Assembly (NCBI RefSeq): GCF_018977255.1
Contig: NW_024704742.1
Coordinates: 130,264,001-130,328,000 of the forward strand
Reading direction: 5' to 3'
Length of the DNA: 64,000 bases
From: Callorhinchus milii
Taxonomy: Eukaryota
Under the pieces are notes generated by a model, which did no database searches, was not told the DNA's origin, and was given only the letters and a program-made list of their open reading frames with translations. This document shows positions 12,801 to 27,800 of this stretch, piece after piece. The first letter of the stretch is position 1. Every line of letters begins with the position of its first letter. Position numbers and translations under genes: made by a program.

Positions 12801-15800
12801 AGCCGCATGTCGGGACATTGAACTCACGTAGTCTAAGCTGACACTCCAATGCGGTGCTGGGGGAGTTGCATTATTGGAGGAGCTGTCCTTTGGATGACAT
12901 GTTAAACTGAGATCCCATTCTGCCTGTTCAGTTGGATGTTGAAAGATCCCTTGGCACTTTTTGAAAAGAGAAGGGAGTTTCTCCTCATGTCCTGGCCAAC
13001 AATCTCCCAAAATAAAACTGGTCATTCAATTTACTGGCTGTCTATGGGACAGCTGTATGCAATTGGACTGCCATTTTTGCCAACAAATATAGCCAGCAAA
13101 TCGCTTGAAGTGCTTTAGAACATCCTCTCGATTTGAAAGGTGCTCTATTACCAAATTCAAGGGTTATTATTATATTTGGAGTTTGGTAACTAGCTAAGTT
13201 TCCAGTCAATCGATTCAACTTGATGCTATGAAGTTAAACATTTGCCAGATCTGGACAGTTTGAAATTACTAAACGTTGGACAATAAAATGGAATCGCTAA
13301 CAAAGGCCCCCACCCCTCTCCCGATAAGGGATCATAAATGTTAACACTCAAGTCGTCTCTCCTGGCGTGCTGGTTTGTGGCGGGCTTGTTGGGGATGTAT
13401 CCTGACCTTTGATATGCTATTTGTTCGTTACTGATACGTACGTTTACACAACAACCATCACTGTCATCACTTCATTTTATTAGATGGCTCATTTTCCACA
13501 GTTTCCTCCCACTTACGGACACGCACAATGTCTCGTTGCTTTCAAAACAACATCACAAGAGAAGTTCAGATGAAGACAGTCTTTTGGCCCTGAAATTCCA
13601 CCTTATTTTAGCCTGTCCTAAAATCTAAGACTAAGCAGTACTGTACCAAACTCTTGCATTCAGTTCTTATTTGGAAGCTGATTATCTTTTAAGAACCGCA
13701 GAAAACAAATTTCCAAATTAAGATTGAATTTAAAAATTCCCCACAAAATCGGTGCGATTTTATATTTTAAGATAAATTAAGCGTACCAATGTCTGGCGTG
13801 AAGGGCGCTATATAAATGCAAGTTGTTGATATTGTAAATGATCTTACAGGATAAGACTATGTGAAGTTCCAGACCTCATCCTTTCAGACTACTCCATCCT
13901 ACCACCTTCCTATTACAATTATTATTATATTATTATATTCCTATTACAGAATCAAGCGGCTTCTCAAATGAGTCCAGTGCCTGGCCTCCGCCACCTTTCC
14001 TGGTAACCTGTTCCAGATATTAATACCTGATATTTGCTGTAAAATTCCCCTTCCCAACCTCTGAACCTGTGCACTCTTCCACTGGTTTAAACAAATTGTG
14101 CTGGTTACACAACAGGGAAATTACTGATGTTAACAAGTGTACCCCCACACCCCTCTGTTGTCATACAATGCTCTTAATTCATTCCCTCAAAATGTTGTTA
14201 TCTTTGTCACTACCAATGATCATTTGCCCACAAAACAGTTTACAGTGTATTTTATTAAGCGCTTTGAGATGTCCTTTCGACATGAAAGTTTTGGAAGCAT
14301 AGAATCTGCAGTCTAGAATTGTGCTTGCCTAGTTTATTATTGATTAACAATTGATTCAGTGGATTTCATAACAATAATAAATAATAATAATAGCACTTCA
14401 CAGAATACACTATAGAGTGCAATGATCAGACAATGTCATGAAACCATGCAGTCCCATCATGTCAGTAACAGGTTGGAGTCTGTCAGGAGATCAACTGGTC
14501 TAAACTCTGTTCCCCCATCATCACCAGACCTCACCAGGCTCCACTGGCTCCCTATCACAAAACAGATCGACTTTGAGATCCTCACACTTGTTTACAAATC
14601 TCTTCATGCCCTGAAACCTCTCTTTCTCTCTGACCTGCTCACTCCCTATTCTACCATCCACTGAGTCCAATCGGCTGGCTCAGGCTTCCTGCTTGCCCGT
14701 GTCCCCTTTGCTCCATCAGCGACCGTGCTTTCAGCCACCACGCCCCAAAACTTTGGAACTCTCTCCCTCAATCCCTCTGCTTGCCACATCCTTCCCTATT
14801 TTCAGATCAAGCCTGTAGATCTTCCTCTTCAACCTTACATTCATCTTGTCCCTCCCCTCCCTGCTAGTGTCAGGCTCCACCACTATTAAGCGCTCCGAAA
14901 CACTACCTCAATCTAAGGATGCTATATAAATGGAAGTTGTTGCTGTTGTAAAGACAATTATTTTAGCTACTTATAAAAACTAGCTGGTATGATGTTGATA
15001 AATCATTGTCGATAAACATCCTTGCTTTCATACACACTGCACCAGATTCAGAATCAGTCGCTATTCCAGTATTTGTTAAATTTCACAAAATTTCACCCGC
15101 ATGAAAATCGTTCATTTTACTCAATTCAAGGGAATAATGGGCCTACAATACCCTCGATAAAATCGGTCAATCATTTACTACATGGCTACTTTTAGGTATT
15201 GCTGCGTGCAAATTGACTACCGCACTCACCTAACAAAATACACATTACAGTAATTCCTGTGAAGTTATTTAAAACAACAAATTGCATTTATATTGCGCCT
15301 TTCACATTGGGAGGACATGAAAGCAATTATATAATGTCTTCCCAACTTGAAAGACACTTTATCAGATGTAAGAATCATTATTGTTTGCAAAGGAGGGCAA
15401 ACTAAAGAAAATCAAGATTTGGTTGGGCTTGCCTTTTTGTTTAACAGCAAGAGATTTAATTATTTTCTTTACTGACTATTTCACACAATTTGTTGGACAA
15501 AGAGCATATCCAGGAACTCTCACCAGAGCATTAACAAGTACACAAGAGTCTCATATACGAAATATTACTGACGTGACATTGAAACGAAACACATGATTTC
15601 ACAACTCCGTGCATTTGGTAAACTTATTTTATGAAGGTCCACCACTTTGAGTTGAAAGCCTCATTTCAGTTAAAAGTCTAATCACAGGTATACTTTTTAT
15701 CCGAAAATCAACAATATCAACAAAAATCACATACTTTGCTTACCAGAGATGGGTTTCTGTACCTCCAATGTGATGGAGGCAGACAGATCGTGCATGAAGT

Positions 15801-18800
15801 CGCAGGTTTGCTGGTAGGACATGCTGTTGACTGGCGTGGTGTTAATGGAGACGATCTCATCCCCAGCACAAAGTTTTCCCTTTGACTCCTGTGAAAAGCA
15901 ACATCATAAACCAATGCTTATCAATGCACTGCTAGAAGGTATGCGGGCGGGCAAAGGGTAAAGTCTAACTTCCACAATGAGAGGTATAGAGAGCGAAATC
16001 TCACAACAGATCATGTGGACGAGATCAGCTGCCCCTTTCGCCCACAGCAGGTGGTGATAAAATACTGAAATGCCTGCCAGGAGAACTTACGCATTAAAAT
16101 GGCCATATTAAAATCTTCACTTCAAATAACGTCTTAGTTATGATCCCCTCCTCCCCCTTCATCCTTGTTTGTCTGTGACGTTAGCTCATGTGAAGGGCAC
16201 TATATAAATGCAAGTTATTCATGGCAAGTGGTGGAAGCAAAAAGTTTCACTGTCTCTGTAGGGATCAACAGAGTGTTGAGGGGCAGATTCACTGCCCTTA
16301 ACGCAATCAAGAGTCACCTGGGCCAATTTTAAAATAGAAGGCAATATAAATAACTCAAATTCATATGCTTGGATTCATACATTAGTTTGAGGATCTTCAT
16401 TGTTAGTGTATGTGTGGGATGTGTCTCCACTATCAATAAATTGCATTTATATAGCACCTTTCACGTCACGAGGATGTCACAAGGCGGGGTGCAGTCAAAC
16501 ATGCACTGTTCACTAATCCTAGCTCATTTGATCCACACCCATTTTTACACCCTCTTGTGACATCGAGTTTAAAGGTTGCACATGGAAAATTCTGATTTAT
16601 CCCTGAAGGATAAGGAAGGAAGTGAATGCGTTGAGATCTAATAATGGATCTCAACACTCGGCCTTTAAAACGTACCCTCTCGGCAGCTCCACCTGGCCGT
16701 AATGCTGTGACCAGCACTCTCAGGGGGGAAGCCTTGATCTCTAAGTCTAAACCAAATGACTCAGATTGCTTCCGTGAGAGTTGGACAGTCTCTGTGTTGC
16801 ACAGCAGCGACGTATCTCCAGGCTCAGCCTTTTTGCTGTGAGGGAGCGACCTGGCAACAGGCTTGCTGGAGGGTGCGGGTTGCTCCTCGTTCTTCTGCCG
16901 CAGGAGACTGGGTGGGCACTCAATGCTCATCATGCTCTTCACTCTGGTGACCGCCTTGTGTTCCAGTTTGGGTGAGCGCTTGCACTCCACCGGGGCCTCC
17001 TTCACACCGAGGCTGCTGTGGCTGGCATCGATGCAATTGGAGAACTCAAAGGATTTGATGGGAATGAAGGGTGAGTCGACCATTTGCTCCATTGAACTGT
17101 CTGACTCCAGTGAGCTGCCATACAGAGAGGTGGCTCTGTCATTGCTGGCATTCCGCGGCACGTCATCATCTTGGCTCTCATCGTCCACCTCGACGGAAGA
17201 GGTCGTTATGACGATGCCCGAATCCTGCTCGTGTCCTTTCCTCACACCATCCCTCTGAGTCCTCTTAAACCCACCTTTGGCCTCGGCCTTCATAGAGTCC
17301 TCATCGTCACTGATGTCGTAGCAGATGACCCTGCGCTGGCGGAGGAGGGGGCTACGCACTGACTTGGGGCTCCCCCCAAGGCTGGCTTGACGTGCACACT
17401 CCATGTGTTTGTTGATGGGGACAGAAGCTTTCCCGTTGCTGAGAGAGGGCAAGGCCATTTCCGGTTTAATGACTGGAAAGAAAGTAATATTAGATTAAGA
17501 ATTTACATGACGTCTCATTCGCACTCTACTTTCCCACAAATAGTCATGATTGAGTGACCAGGGATTTTTTTGGAAAGCGATCTACCAATAGATTAACAAA
17601 TGGGTTTCTAGTTACTGTTAGGTAAACAGAGGCATGTGGCATAAGCAAACTTGCCTAAGGTTTTGCTCCACCCGGGAATCAAATCCAGGTCCTCTTGCTT
17701 GCAAGATGAGGATGCTAACCATTACACCGCAGAACTGAATGCATTAGGTCAGCAAAGGCTCAGATTTGGCTGAGATATGTGTCGGATATTCACTGTCTAG
17801 ACTCACACTGAAAGGGTGGTTAATGTCAGGAAAAGCATAAAATAAGATTCCTGAAATCATTAGACTATTTTTTTAAAATTGTTCACTTCACTAGGTAATG
17901 TTTTTAATGACACTATTTCTTTGGTCAACCAGATGCCTGACACGGGCCAAAACCCATCATCAGGCTTAAAAGTATCCAAAAAGCTGAGAATTCCATGCAT
18001 CCCACCTACACATGGAAATCCCAGATAGTTGGAGTGGAATGTGCGCTCTCTCCCTGGAGGGACGTATCCTGCTTACCAAATTCCAGAAAATATTAGTCAC
18101 AGTTTGGCAAGAGCCAAGGCTTGGGGACCCCAGAGTGTGCATTGGGATACTGCTTAATTTTATGCCACAAGGACATCAGAGGAGCTTTCAATCTTATTTT
18201 AACAGGAGTCCTGACAGCACCTTCCCCCAAAGAGGCAACAGAACCAATGCTTTCTTCATTATACTGTTCACACTGAAAATCTACCTGTTACTAACAGGAG
18301 CTAAAGTGTTCAACAGGTGTCAAACCTGGAATCAAAGGTGGGGCGCTGCTGTCATCCAGCGAGTCCGTGGTACTTTTCTGTCGTAGTTGTTCCTCGTCGC
18401 TTGAAGCTGTTACCATCGTGTCTGAGAGAGAGGACTGGCTGGGAACATCATGAGTAAAGTACTGGGAGAGTTCTGCTTCTGAGCTCAGTGACCCTTGCTG
18501 AAAGAGAGAGCAAGAGAGAGAGAGAGATAGGGAGGAAACACTTTAATATTGACTGGCTCATTGTACAATCTTGCCCATTGGGAAAGTAAAAAAGGCACTG
18601 TCCTGTCATGAGTGTATTTACAAAGTTGTGATTCTTAAGCTAATTCTGTTCTCTTTTTAAGGAACAGGGTTAAAATGTGTGCACCCCATACCTTCTTTAA
18701 TATGGCCATTTTAATACATAAGTTCCCCTAGCAGGCATTTACGTATTTTATCACCTCCATTGCAGAAGGTGGTCTGCTAACACTAAGCTTGCCATCGCCC

Positions 18801-21800
18801 ACTGTGGGCAAACGGGGCAGCTGATCTTGCAGCCGCCAGCCCCCACCCTCCTTTTTCTCTTCCCGGTCCAACGTCTAAATAATAGCAGTACCCAAAACTG
18901 GCTGCAAACTCCTGGTTGTTGCCACCTCAGATACATGCCTACTGAGCGGGGATTATTTTCAAACACCTTTTCTGAGCAAATTCAAGGAATTTGGGCTTAA
19001 CTCCATCTGAGTTGTCAATGAGGCCCAAATGGCTTTTTTGTGTGCCCAGCCCCCACTGGTTGCCAGGGGAAAGAGTATTGAGCAGCCAGAGAGAGCTCTA
19101 GGAGTTAGGGACATTCAACGGAAGCTACTTTCAAGAATATCCCCTCAGAGCCGACGTTTCAGAATCAGGCGATTCTGAACTACGCTGGCTATTAATGCAA
19201 TACAGTCACTGTATCTGATAGCAAGAGGCAACAGCAGCATTTTAATCAAATGTACAACAGGACTGTGGAAACCATTTCACAAATACAACAGATATCACCA
19301 TTTTTCAGATTACTAAACACGATGATAACGGGGGGGAAAAAAAACTTGTCCTCCTCAGATGTATACTGCTGATGAACAATTCACATGAATGCATCATCTG
19401 CTCACGCACCCCAATCCCCCTCAGTAATGTAGGAAAGGAATGTGCTTACCCGGCTTGCTGGTTCCAGAAAGCGCTTCATGGTCCAACTGAGGGAAGAAGT
19501 TCCCTCTCCCTGCTTGGATTTCACAGTAGGTGATGGACTCTTTGATGGTGGCCCTGGAGGAAGGGGATATTTTACTGGACTCAGTACGTGTTGTCCCCAT
19601 ATGCATTGCTCTATGATATACTTCCAGGCATCCATTGCAGAAGTTCTTTGATACCTACTTTACATTGGATTCAGCCTTCATGTCAGTGAATCTGGTATCA
19701 CAAACCCCTCATACTGATCCCAATGTGAAATTATACTCTATGTGGCTGTGGAATTTCATATTGATGTGATGCTGCCTCTACGGCAATGCAAAGGTGCCCA
19801 GTGCAGCTCAGTTGGTTGAACTGAGACCTGAGGTTCCAACTTCAATTTGGGGTGGATCCACTCAGCCCTTCACCCTTTTGGAGACAAGGCCAGTAAGGCT
19901 AGACAGGTCCACAGTCATCCAAATCATTGCTGTTGATTGGTGAGCCTGACCAGCCGAGTACAGCAGTGACACTTGGGAGGTAGATATATCGTCAACTCTG
20001 CTCGAGGAGACTCCAGTGAGTTAAATCAGGTCTCTGGAGTGAAGGCAAAGCGACCGTGGTCATCTTTGTGGTCTCCAGGCAATAGAGTGGGGGCTGGTAC
20101 TTGATGCCTGATGTAATAAAGGTCTCAGGTTCAGTGCCCTGATCTTCATCAAATCTGGTGTCAAGCACTTCAGAACTGAAGCACGGAGTTTGAAGAATTT
20201 CTGACTTTCCAAAGCCTTGGAGCTAGGGATATTCTGTTACATTATCTGTAGCATAAGCAATATCCTGCACCTTCAAGCCCCACATTGGGACTTCTGAACT
20301 CTCAGCTTTGCTGACCCTCCAGTTCAGGATTCAGGTGGGAGGGGAAAGGGAGACTTTTCAGCAAGACTGCCAGAGTTACCACCCTTTGGACGAGACGTTA
20401 AACCTAGGTCCTATCTGCTGTTCAGGTGGCTGTCAAAGATCTCCACACTATTGGAGAAGACCAGGGAGTTTGAATTAGGTAATCATAGCCAGGGCTTTGG
20501 TAACAGTATTGCAATTGACCTACCAAAAGAGAAGCAAAAAATCTGAGATTCCTGCTTTTCTTAACCTACAACCAAGCTATTTCTCATGGTCTTAGACTTA
20601 AGATGATTGTCTTAAATTTAGGATTGTGTAGAAAGGTGTTAAAACAAAATTAAAATCAATCTTAACTTGCAAGCCACCTTTTTAAGTGCCTCTTATTAAA
20701 CTGCAGGAAACTGTCTTGTATATTAAGAGAGAATGTAAGAATATTTCCAAATTCTTATATTTTAAGCTGTTGATCTTGAATGACTAAAACAGACAGTCAT
20801 TAGAGGGCTTGACGTGGAGCGAGCTGTGTTAACTGTACAAAGCTGTGATGTGGAGGCAAAATGCATTAAGTGTTGCACTGCCATTGAACCTCGGCAAAGG
20901 TTCACGAACCAGACATTAAAAGCATTTGCCTTCTAACCAGTGACAATGATGAATAGGAGGCAATGATGAGTGGGTGGGGGAGTCAGACATCCACTGAGAC
21001 ACGTTTTATTGCTTCCGTAGAGTAGACAGGGCAGTCGAGGGTCATGGAAATAGCTTTCCAAATTTCCAATTAAGTTAGTTGCAAATCAAGTGACTTTCTC
21101 TAAATATGTCAAAATTTACCAAGCCATATAAGGTAATAGCACATAGGCAGCTCCTAAACAGTGCTATCTGCTAGAGTGAAGCTCATCTGCTCAGCATATT
21201 TCAAAGTTTCACTGATACATTAAGCCCTGTTAGTTCATATATTACATACAAGGATTATTATTAAAGTCTTTATGGAAGCACAGGACATTGCCCAGCACGT
21301 CCCGCCACTAGAAAACTAGACTTTTGCACTTCAAGCACCAAAAAGTTGCACATTTTTAAAAAACACAATTATGTTGCAAGTTACATAGAAATATAGATAT
21401 TTCTGCACAGAATGAGGCTGTTTGGCCCATCCATTTGTGGCAATGCTGACACCATTTTTATCTGAACCGCCATTTTTTAAACAAAAAAATCACAGAATTA
21501 CCAAAATGGGGCTCCGGTCAGTCACTAAAGAGGTAGGCTCCTCCCCTTCACACAGAAACAGGGAATATGCAAACGCAACTAAACGCAGTACAAGAGCAAC
21601 TGCGCTCCACAAGATCCTTCCTTCAGGCCTGAGACATGCTAAGTGATGCTACTCTGCGTGAGGGGTGCAAGATAAATGCAAGTTGTTGTCATCGTTGAGA
21701 AACGTAAGCGGTGACACTCTGCGGTACCTGATGTGTGTGACAGCTGCCCGTCCTTGCTCATACTTTCCCGATGAGTTGTACGTGATATCATCTCGTCCAT

Positions 21801-24800
21801 TTCCTGCTCCGAAACCTGCACAAAAAACACAGGAGGAACAAAAAATGAAGTATTTGTTTGTCCCCACTCACCTAGGTCCTGATATCACTCACTTGAGCAA
21901 CAACAACAACAAGATTCCATTTATAGAGCACCTTTCACATCGGGAGGACGTCCCAAGGCGCTGGACAGTTGGGTCAGGACCCGAGCAGGGGGGAAATGGT
22001 CAGGGTGAGGGGAGGGAAGGGAGGGAGCGAGGAGGGGGTAGAGAGTCGAGAGGGGAGCTGAAGGCACGGTCAAAGAGAAAGGTCTTGAGACCGGCCTTGA
22101 AGGAGGAAAGGGAGGAGGCGGCGAAGGCACTGGGGGATAGAGTTCCAGAGCCTCGGGGCTGAGAGGCTGAAGGCCCGGCCACCGATGGTAGGGCGGTTGG
22201 GGCGGGGATGTGGAGCAGACCGGAGCCAGAGGAACGGAGGGTACGGGCAGGTAGGTAGGGGGATAGTAGGTCGGAGAGGTAGGAGGGAGCAAGGCCGTGA
22301 ATGCCTTGTAGGTGAGGATCTTGAATTCGATCCTCTAGCAGTGCTAGTGTCACTCACTCGGACCACAATCTTGCTTCCAATAGCTTCTAGTTCAAAGGTT
22401 TCTAATTCTTAAACAACTGTTACAAATCTTCTTATGATCTGACAGGAATTTTTTTCTACAAAAAGTTCCTCAGCCCTGAGGAACAGGGGCAAAAAACGCA
22501 CTTTGTGACATTTATCACCAGTAATATCACGTTGTATTTTTCTCCCACAATAAATACTTATATTTTTGCTACATACTGGTATGTTGGGAACTACCTATGA
22601 AGGACATTTGTTTTAATAATCCTTGCATTTAATCTCAAAGTACTTCACAAGATTTTACTGGGAAGTGTAGTGAAGATGTACTTGTAGGTGAATGTGGCAA
22701 CTGGTTTACGCATGGCAATATCCCACAAATAATGGAGTGACTGACCATTTTAATTGAGGGATTTTTTGCCAGGATATTGGAGGAACTCCTTTCCCCTTTT
22801 GAATAGCGCTATGGAATCTTTAACGTCCAGTTGAACAGGCAGACGGGACCTCAGTTTAACATCTCATCTGAAAGCCTGCTCCCAGTATTGTACTGAAGTT
22901 TCAGCGCGGGTTATAAGTTTAAAGTCCCATCGTGGAGCTTGAACCCACATATGCTAAAACTGCAAATAAAATTCACAACTCTTTTAACAAAAACAATTGG
23001 CAAGATTGAAACAGAGAGCACTTGTATGGTTCTGTGGCTCTGTCTAATCTGGAGTTTATGTTAAATCAAATTCACGCTGCTAACTTTTATTACGATCCAG
23101 CTGTAGCCACTGAAAATCATAAGTAGGCTTTATATTAAACCCACGGGGACTGAATGCCATGACTGTCACCCACCTGCACCAACTCAACTCCCTGAAGTGT
23201 GAAAAGAAACACTAATTACAGCATTCAGTCCTTTATGCCTCTGCCACCCTGTACAAACATAAAGAGATACTGTTTGGCTTAAAGATTTATTTTAGGGTGT
23301 GGGCAATATTAACAAGCTTGCATTGGCAGGAATTGTAAAGCTCCTAATAATCTCAGATTTAGGAAATATCGTTATGCTGCCAATGTGTCCTGGCGTGTGA
23401 GGCTGTTTAGCATTACTTGAAAAAGGGGAAGCCCAGAGATCAGATTTCAAGCACACACAGAGGCAGGTTCGTTTCAGTCTATGTCTGTCCACTGACAAGA
23501 TTCTAGACTGTATAGAAACAGCTGTCACAGATTGTGCAAGAATTCATTCTGGAGGAGCTGTGGCTGGCACTGAGCAATGTTTTCTTAGGAACTTCATTTT
23601 ATTTTTCTTGCTACTGAAGAGCTGGTTATCAAGGCACTGGCAATTACTTAAAGGGGCAGTATCTTCACTGAAATATTTGGGAAGTTTTTTCCATTGCTTG
23701 CACACGCAGAGTGCAACAATGTTATATTACGTTGCAACACTTCATTGGTGTGCCACTATTGTTTTATCCTGCTGCACATTTAAGATCCCACGACAAACAT
23801 AGAATCATAGAATTGTACAGCGCAGAAGGAGGCCATTCGGCCCATCATGTCTGTGCCGACTCTTTGAAAAGAGTTGTCCAAATCAATCCCACTCCTCGCG
23901 CTCTTCCCATAGCCCTGCAAACTTGTCCTCCCCAAATAATTATCTACTATACGAAAAGAGAATGAAGTCCCCCCTCCCATCCAGTATCCTGGCCAACAAT
24001 CCTTGAGACAGACCTCGAATGTTCTTCTGGTGGGTGCCAGCACTCCTCGCTATCCAAAAGTCAATCGTCTCTTTCAATCTTCAGATGAAAAATAATCCAC
24101 AGAGCGACTGATGAAGATGTTCACTTTTCTTACCTTGGGGTTTGGATGGCGGCTGATGATGAGGCTGATGGGACCTGGGCCGCATTCGCTTAGGATTGCA
24201 TAAGCCTCGCTCAGAGCTGCGTGCCGCAAGCTCACTGAGTCCACCTCCAGAACCTGATCTCCACGGCTGTAACAAAATCAAAAGTACTTCAATCACGATC
24301 AAGTATGGGGCTTAACATAAACTGAGAAGCATTGAGATGTGTCATGGACTGATCGCTGAACAAATAGCACTCTTTTCACCATGTCCTAAAAGGAACACAG
24401 GAACAAAAGTAGACCATTTAACATCCCGCGTCTGTTGTACCATTTGTTAGACAATGGCAGATATTTTAAATCACATTTTCTCTCCCCCGTTTTCTCCATT
24501 TACTTTAATACTCTTGCTTCCCAATTCTCTAAAGCCAAGGATGCACTTCCTAAGGTTGGCTCCAAAGTTAGAACCGGAGTACATTTTGCATTTCGTGCAT
24601 TGATCTGATAACCACATGTTTTTTAAATCCACAATAGAGCCAGTCACAATTTCGATGGATATATTTGAAGAGAAGATAGTTTTCTTCCCCATTGTCCTGT
24701 CTAACAATCCTTCAGATGCTCTTTGGAGTAGGGCTGCCTCCTGTCTGCATGATGTGCATCTAGTTGCTCGAAGGGCTTCCCGATGAGATTTCTTAACTAA

Positions 24801-27800
24801 GAAATCCTGTTAAGAGCTACCACAAAATTGACCCAGTCATATTCTGAACAATCTGCCCTATTCAAAGCGTTCACACTCCATCACTCCATGAAACGTGCAG
24901 TATATTTTTACAGTTTAACACTGACTATTACTATTACCTAAGTCTGCCATCCAACTTGGCTACTGATCCAGGAGCAAGGCTATGGATGTAAATTCCTGGG
25001 ATGCCATTCTCCAGTGTAAGGCAACAGGCACCGAGACCCAGGCCAACTCCAGGCTCTGAAACAAAACAATGCACAGATGTAAGTGTCGTATTCATGAGAG
25101 AAACATGGTTCCTGAAGCTTTCCACCCCTGGGTTTCCTTCACTTCATGCCTGAGTCTGTTGTAGATTGATTAATAGAGATTCATAGAATCTTACAGCACA
25201 GAAGGAGGTAATTTGGCCCGTCGTGCTTGTGACAGCTCTTTAAAGAGCCATCCAACTAGTCTCACTCACCCGCTCTTTCTCCATAACCTTGAAATTTTTC
25301 CTTTTCAAGCATATATCCAATTCCCAGATTGATTGTCATGAATAGTCAATATCTCCGGCATTACTGTAGCATGCGGGTACGAGGATGGTAGAAGGTAAAC
25401 TAGATGGATTTTTTTTGTCCAGCAATTCCTATGTCCCTATAAAACTTGACCTCGCCCAGAAAAATGTCAAGGTGAAGACAGAAAAATAGAACAATGGCTG
25501 CTGCAAAGTGTGGCACAAACTTGTAAAATAATCAACAGGTTTTGAATATCACTAACGACATGGACTGTCACCAGAAACCTTCAGCCATGTTAGTCTGCAT
25601 TCCCTGCCAGAACCTTTTATACATTCCATTGCCGCTACTTGGTTCTCATGTTCATGACAATGCAGGTAATCAACCACCGCGATGTAGCTCAGTAAGAGGA
25701 GACGAGGGCACAGCAAAGTGCTAGACAGGCCATGATGTGAGATATGATCACACAGTAGGTATTTGCATAATATAAAAGATTTTCTTCATGCTGGTTATTG
25801 TACCAAGATTCCACCACTCGGTTGTAGAATCCCCATTTGGAGCGCGGCTAGATTTCAACACAGCATTGTTTCCACTTATCACAAATGTCTATCTTTGAAA
25901 TATCACACTGCAGCCTTTTCCAGTTAAGTACATGATAAAGATCAAAATGAAGAAAACAACTGATCTCATACCAACTGTACTTTCATCCCAATATTAGGAT
26001 CCAGCTGTTCCGTCAATGAATTCAATGCCCTGGCCGTGTCTACCCTTCTTGGAAACCTTTTTGGGAGAACGAGCTGTGGCTCAGAACTGTATTTAGTTAC
26101 ATATGTCTTGAGCCTTGTTTCACCTTGTTTTGGCCTGTAAGACCACTTTGTCTTAAAATTTAACCATGAAAAATTCAATTCAGTCTTACTTTGGAAGCCA
26201 GTTTTCTGCAGCTGTTCAAAAGAAATCACGATCCAAATGGAGACAATTGAAGAATTTGCCAAAGCTCTTTTTCAACAAAATAACCTCGCGGGTCTACTCA
26301 GTGGATGGAATTTTGGGGCTCAGAAGTCAGAGCAGCTACTGAAAGAGACACATACACGATGGGCCAAATGGCCTTCTTCTGTGATGTAAATTTCTATGGT
26401 TGCAATGTTCTTCCCATCTCCCACCCTCCTCGAGGATGTCTCGCTGGTGAGCAGTTATACAATGTCAGCACAATTTAATTGTGAATGGATCTCTCCCGAT
26501 GGGGATTACCTTTCTTTAGCGTCACCTCCATGATGATTCGATCTTTAGGTCCCGGGCCTCTGCGACAGGATTCCCCTTCGTCTGAGCCGGGCACTGGGGT
26601 TCCACCACTGGCGTTGGAATTGGGAGAACTGGAGCGACTCATCAGTGTGGGGGTGGGACAGGGAGTAAGGCTGGGGCTTCGCAACCTGGTGCGGACAGTA
26701 AGGGTCACAACACCTTTCTTCAGTTGCTGAGGGAAGGGAGGGAGACAATGTATAATACAACAACAAAAATTTGCATTTATATAGCACCCTTCACACGGGG
26801 TAACATCCTCGAGCGCTTGACTGTGGCGGAGTCTGACCCCGAGCCAGGGGAAGAGGGAGGAGGAGGTGACTAAGCATGATCAAAAGAATGTATTTAGGTG
26901 GGATTTGAAAGTGGGGAGGGAGCGAGGGAACAAGGCGGAGGGATTGAGGGACATAGATAAATAGATTGATCAAGCACAATTTTGGAAAGTTCTGAAATTG
27001 AACAAAACAAATTGTATTTACGTAGCACCTTTGAGAGGACTTCCCAGGATGCTGGACAGACAAGGACTTGCATCTGAGCTGCGGGTTGGAGTCAAGAGGA
27101 GTGGAAGGGAAGGAGGTGGTGGTGGTAGGTAAATGACAGCTAGGATTTGAGCCTTTATTGGAACCCGGTTTCCCACATTTGAAAAAGATCACAAGATTGC
27201 TTTGGTTGAAGAAGCCACTTAGGCACATTTGATCTCATCTTCATTGAGCTGATGAGTCCAGTATTGTCGCCTTGCTGTCAACCTGTTCCAGTTATTAATT
27301 GTCCTCATGGTTAAGAAATACCTTGTTTTTCCTTGAAAGAGCCCTTTGCAACTCTAAGCCTATGTCCTCTTGTTCTACTGTCTTGGTGCATCTGAAAGTA
27401 TTGGTCTGTTGATATCAGAGTTGGTGTCCTTTGGATAAGACCTCAAACCTGGGTCAACTGTTCTTCTGGTGGGTGCCAGCACTCCTTGCTATCCAAAAGT
27501 CAATTCACTTTACAGTATATTCTGTGAAGCTCTTTGAAATGTCTCAAAGATGTGATAAGGCGCTATATCAAATGCAAGGATTGTTATTAAAAGCGAGGAG
27601 TGTTGACCAAAAGTCTAAACCAAAGAATTTATTCTTAATTCTTCATCATCTTAAATGTAATACAATGGTCTTGAGGCCAAGAACATGACGATCTTTGGCT
27701 ATCTTAGATCCAATAAAGTAGATTGAAAACACCATGTTTTTCTCCCTCTAATAGCTACACAGCTCATTTAAATTTTTTTTTTGCAGGTTTCCAGTGTATT

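Noticed and set aside
19148..19190. Hairpin with GAAACGTC on the minus strand resembling a hammerhead
   Set aside because: No CUGANGA core at the required position; a simple palindrome
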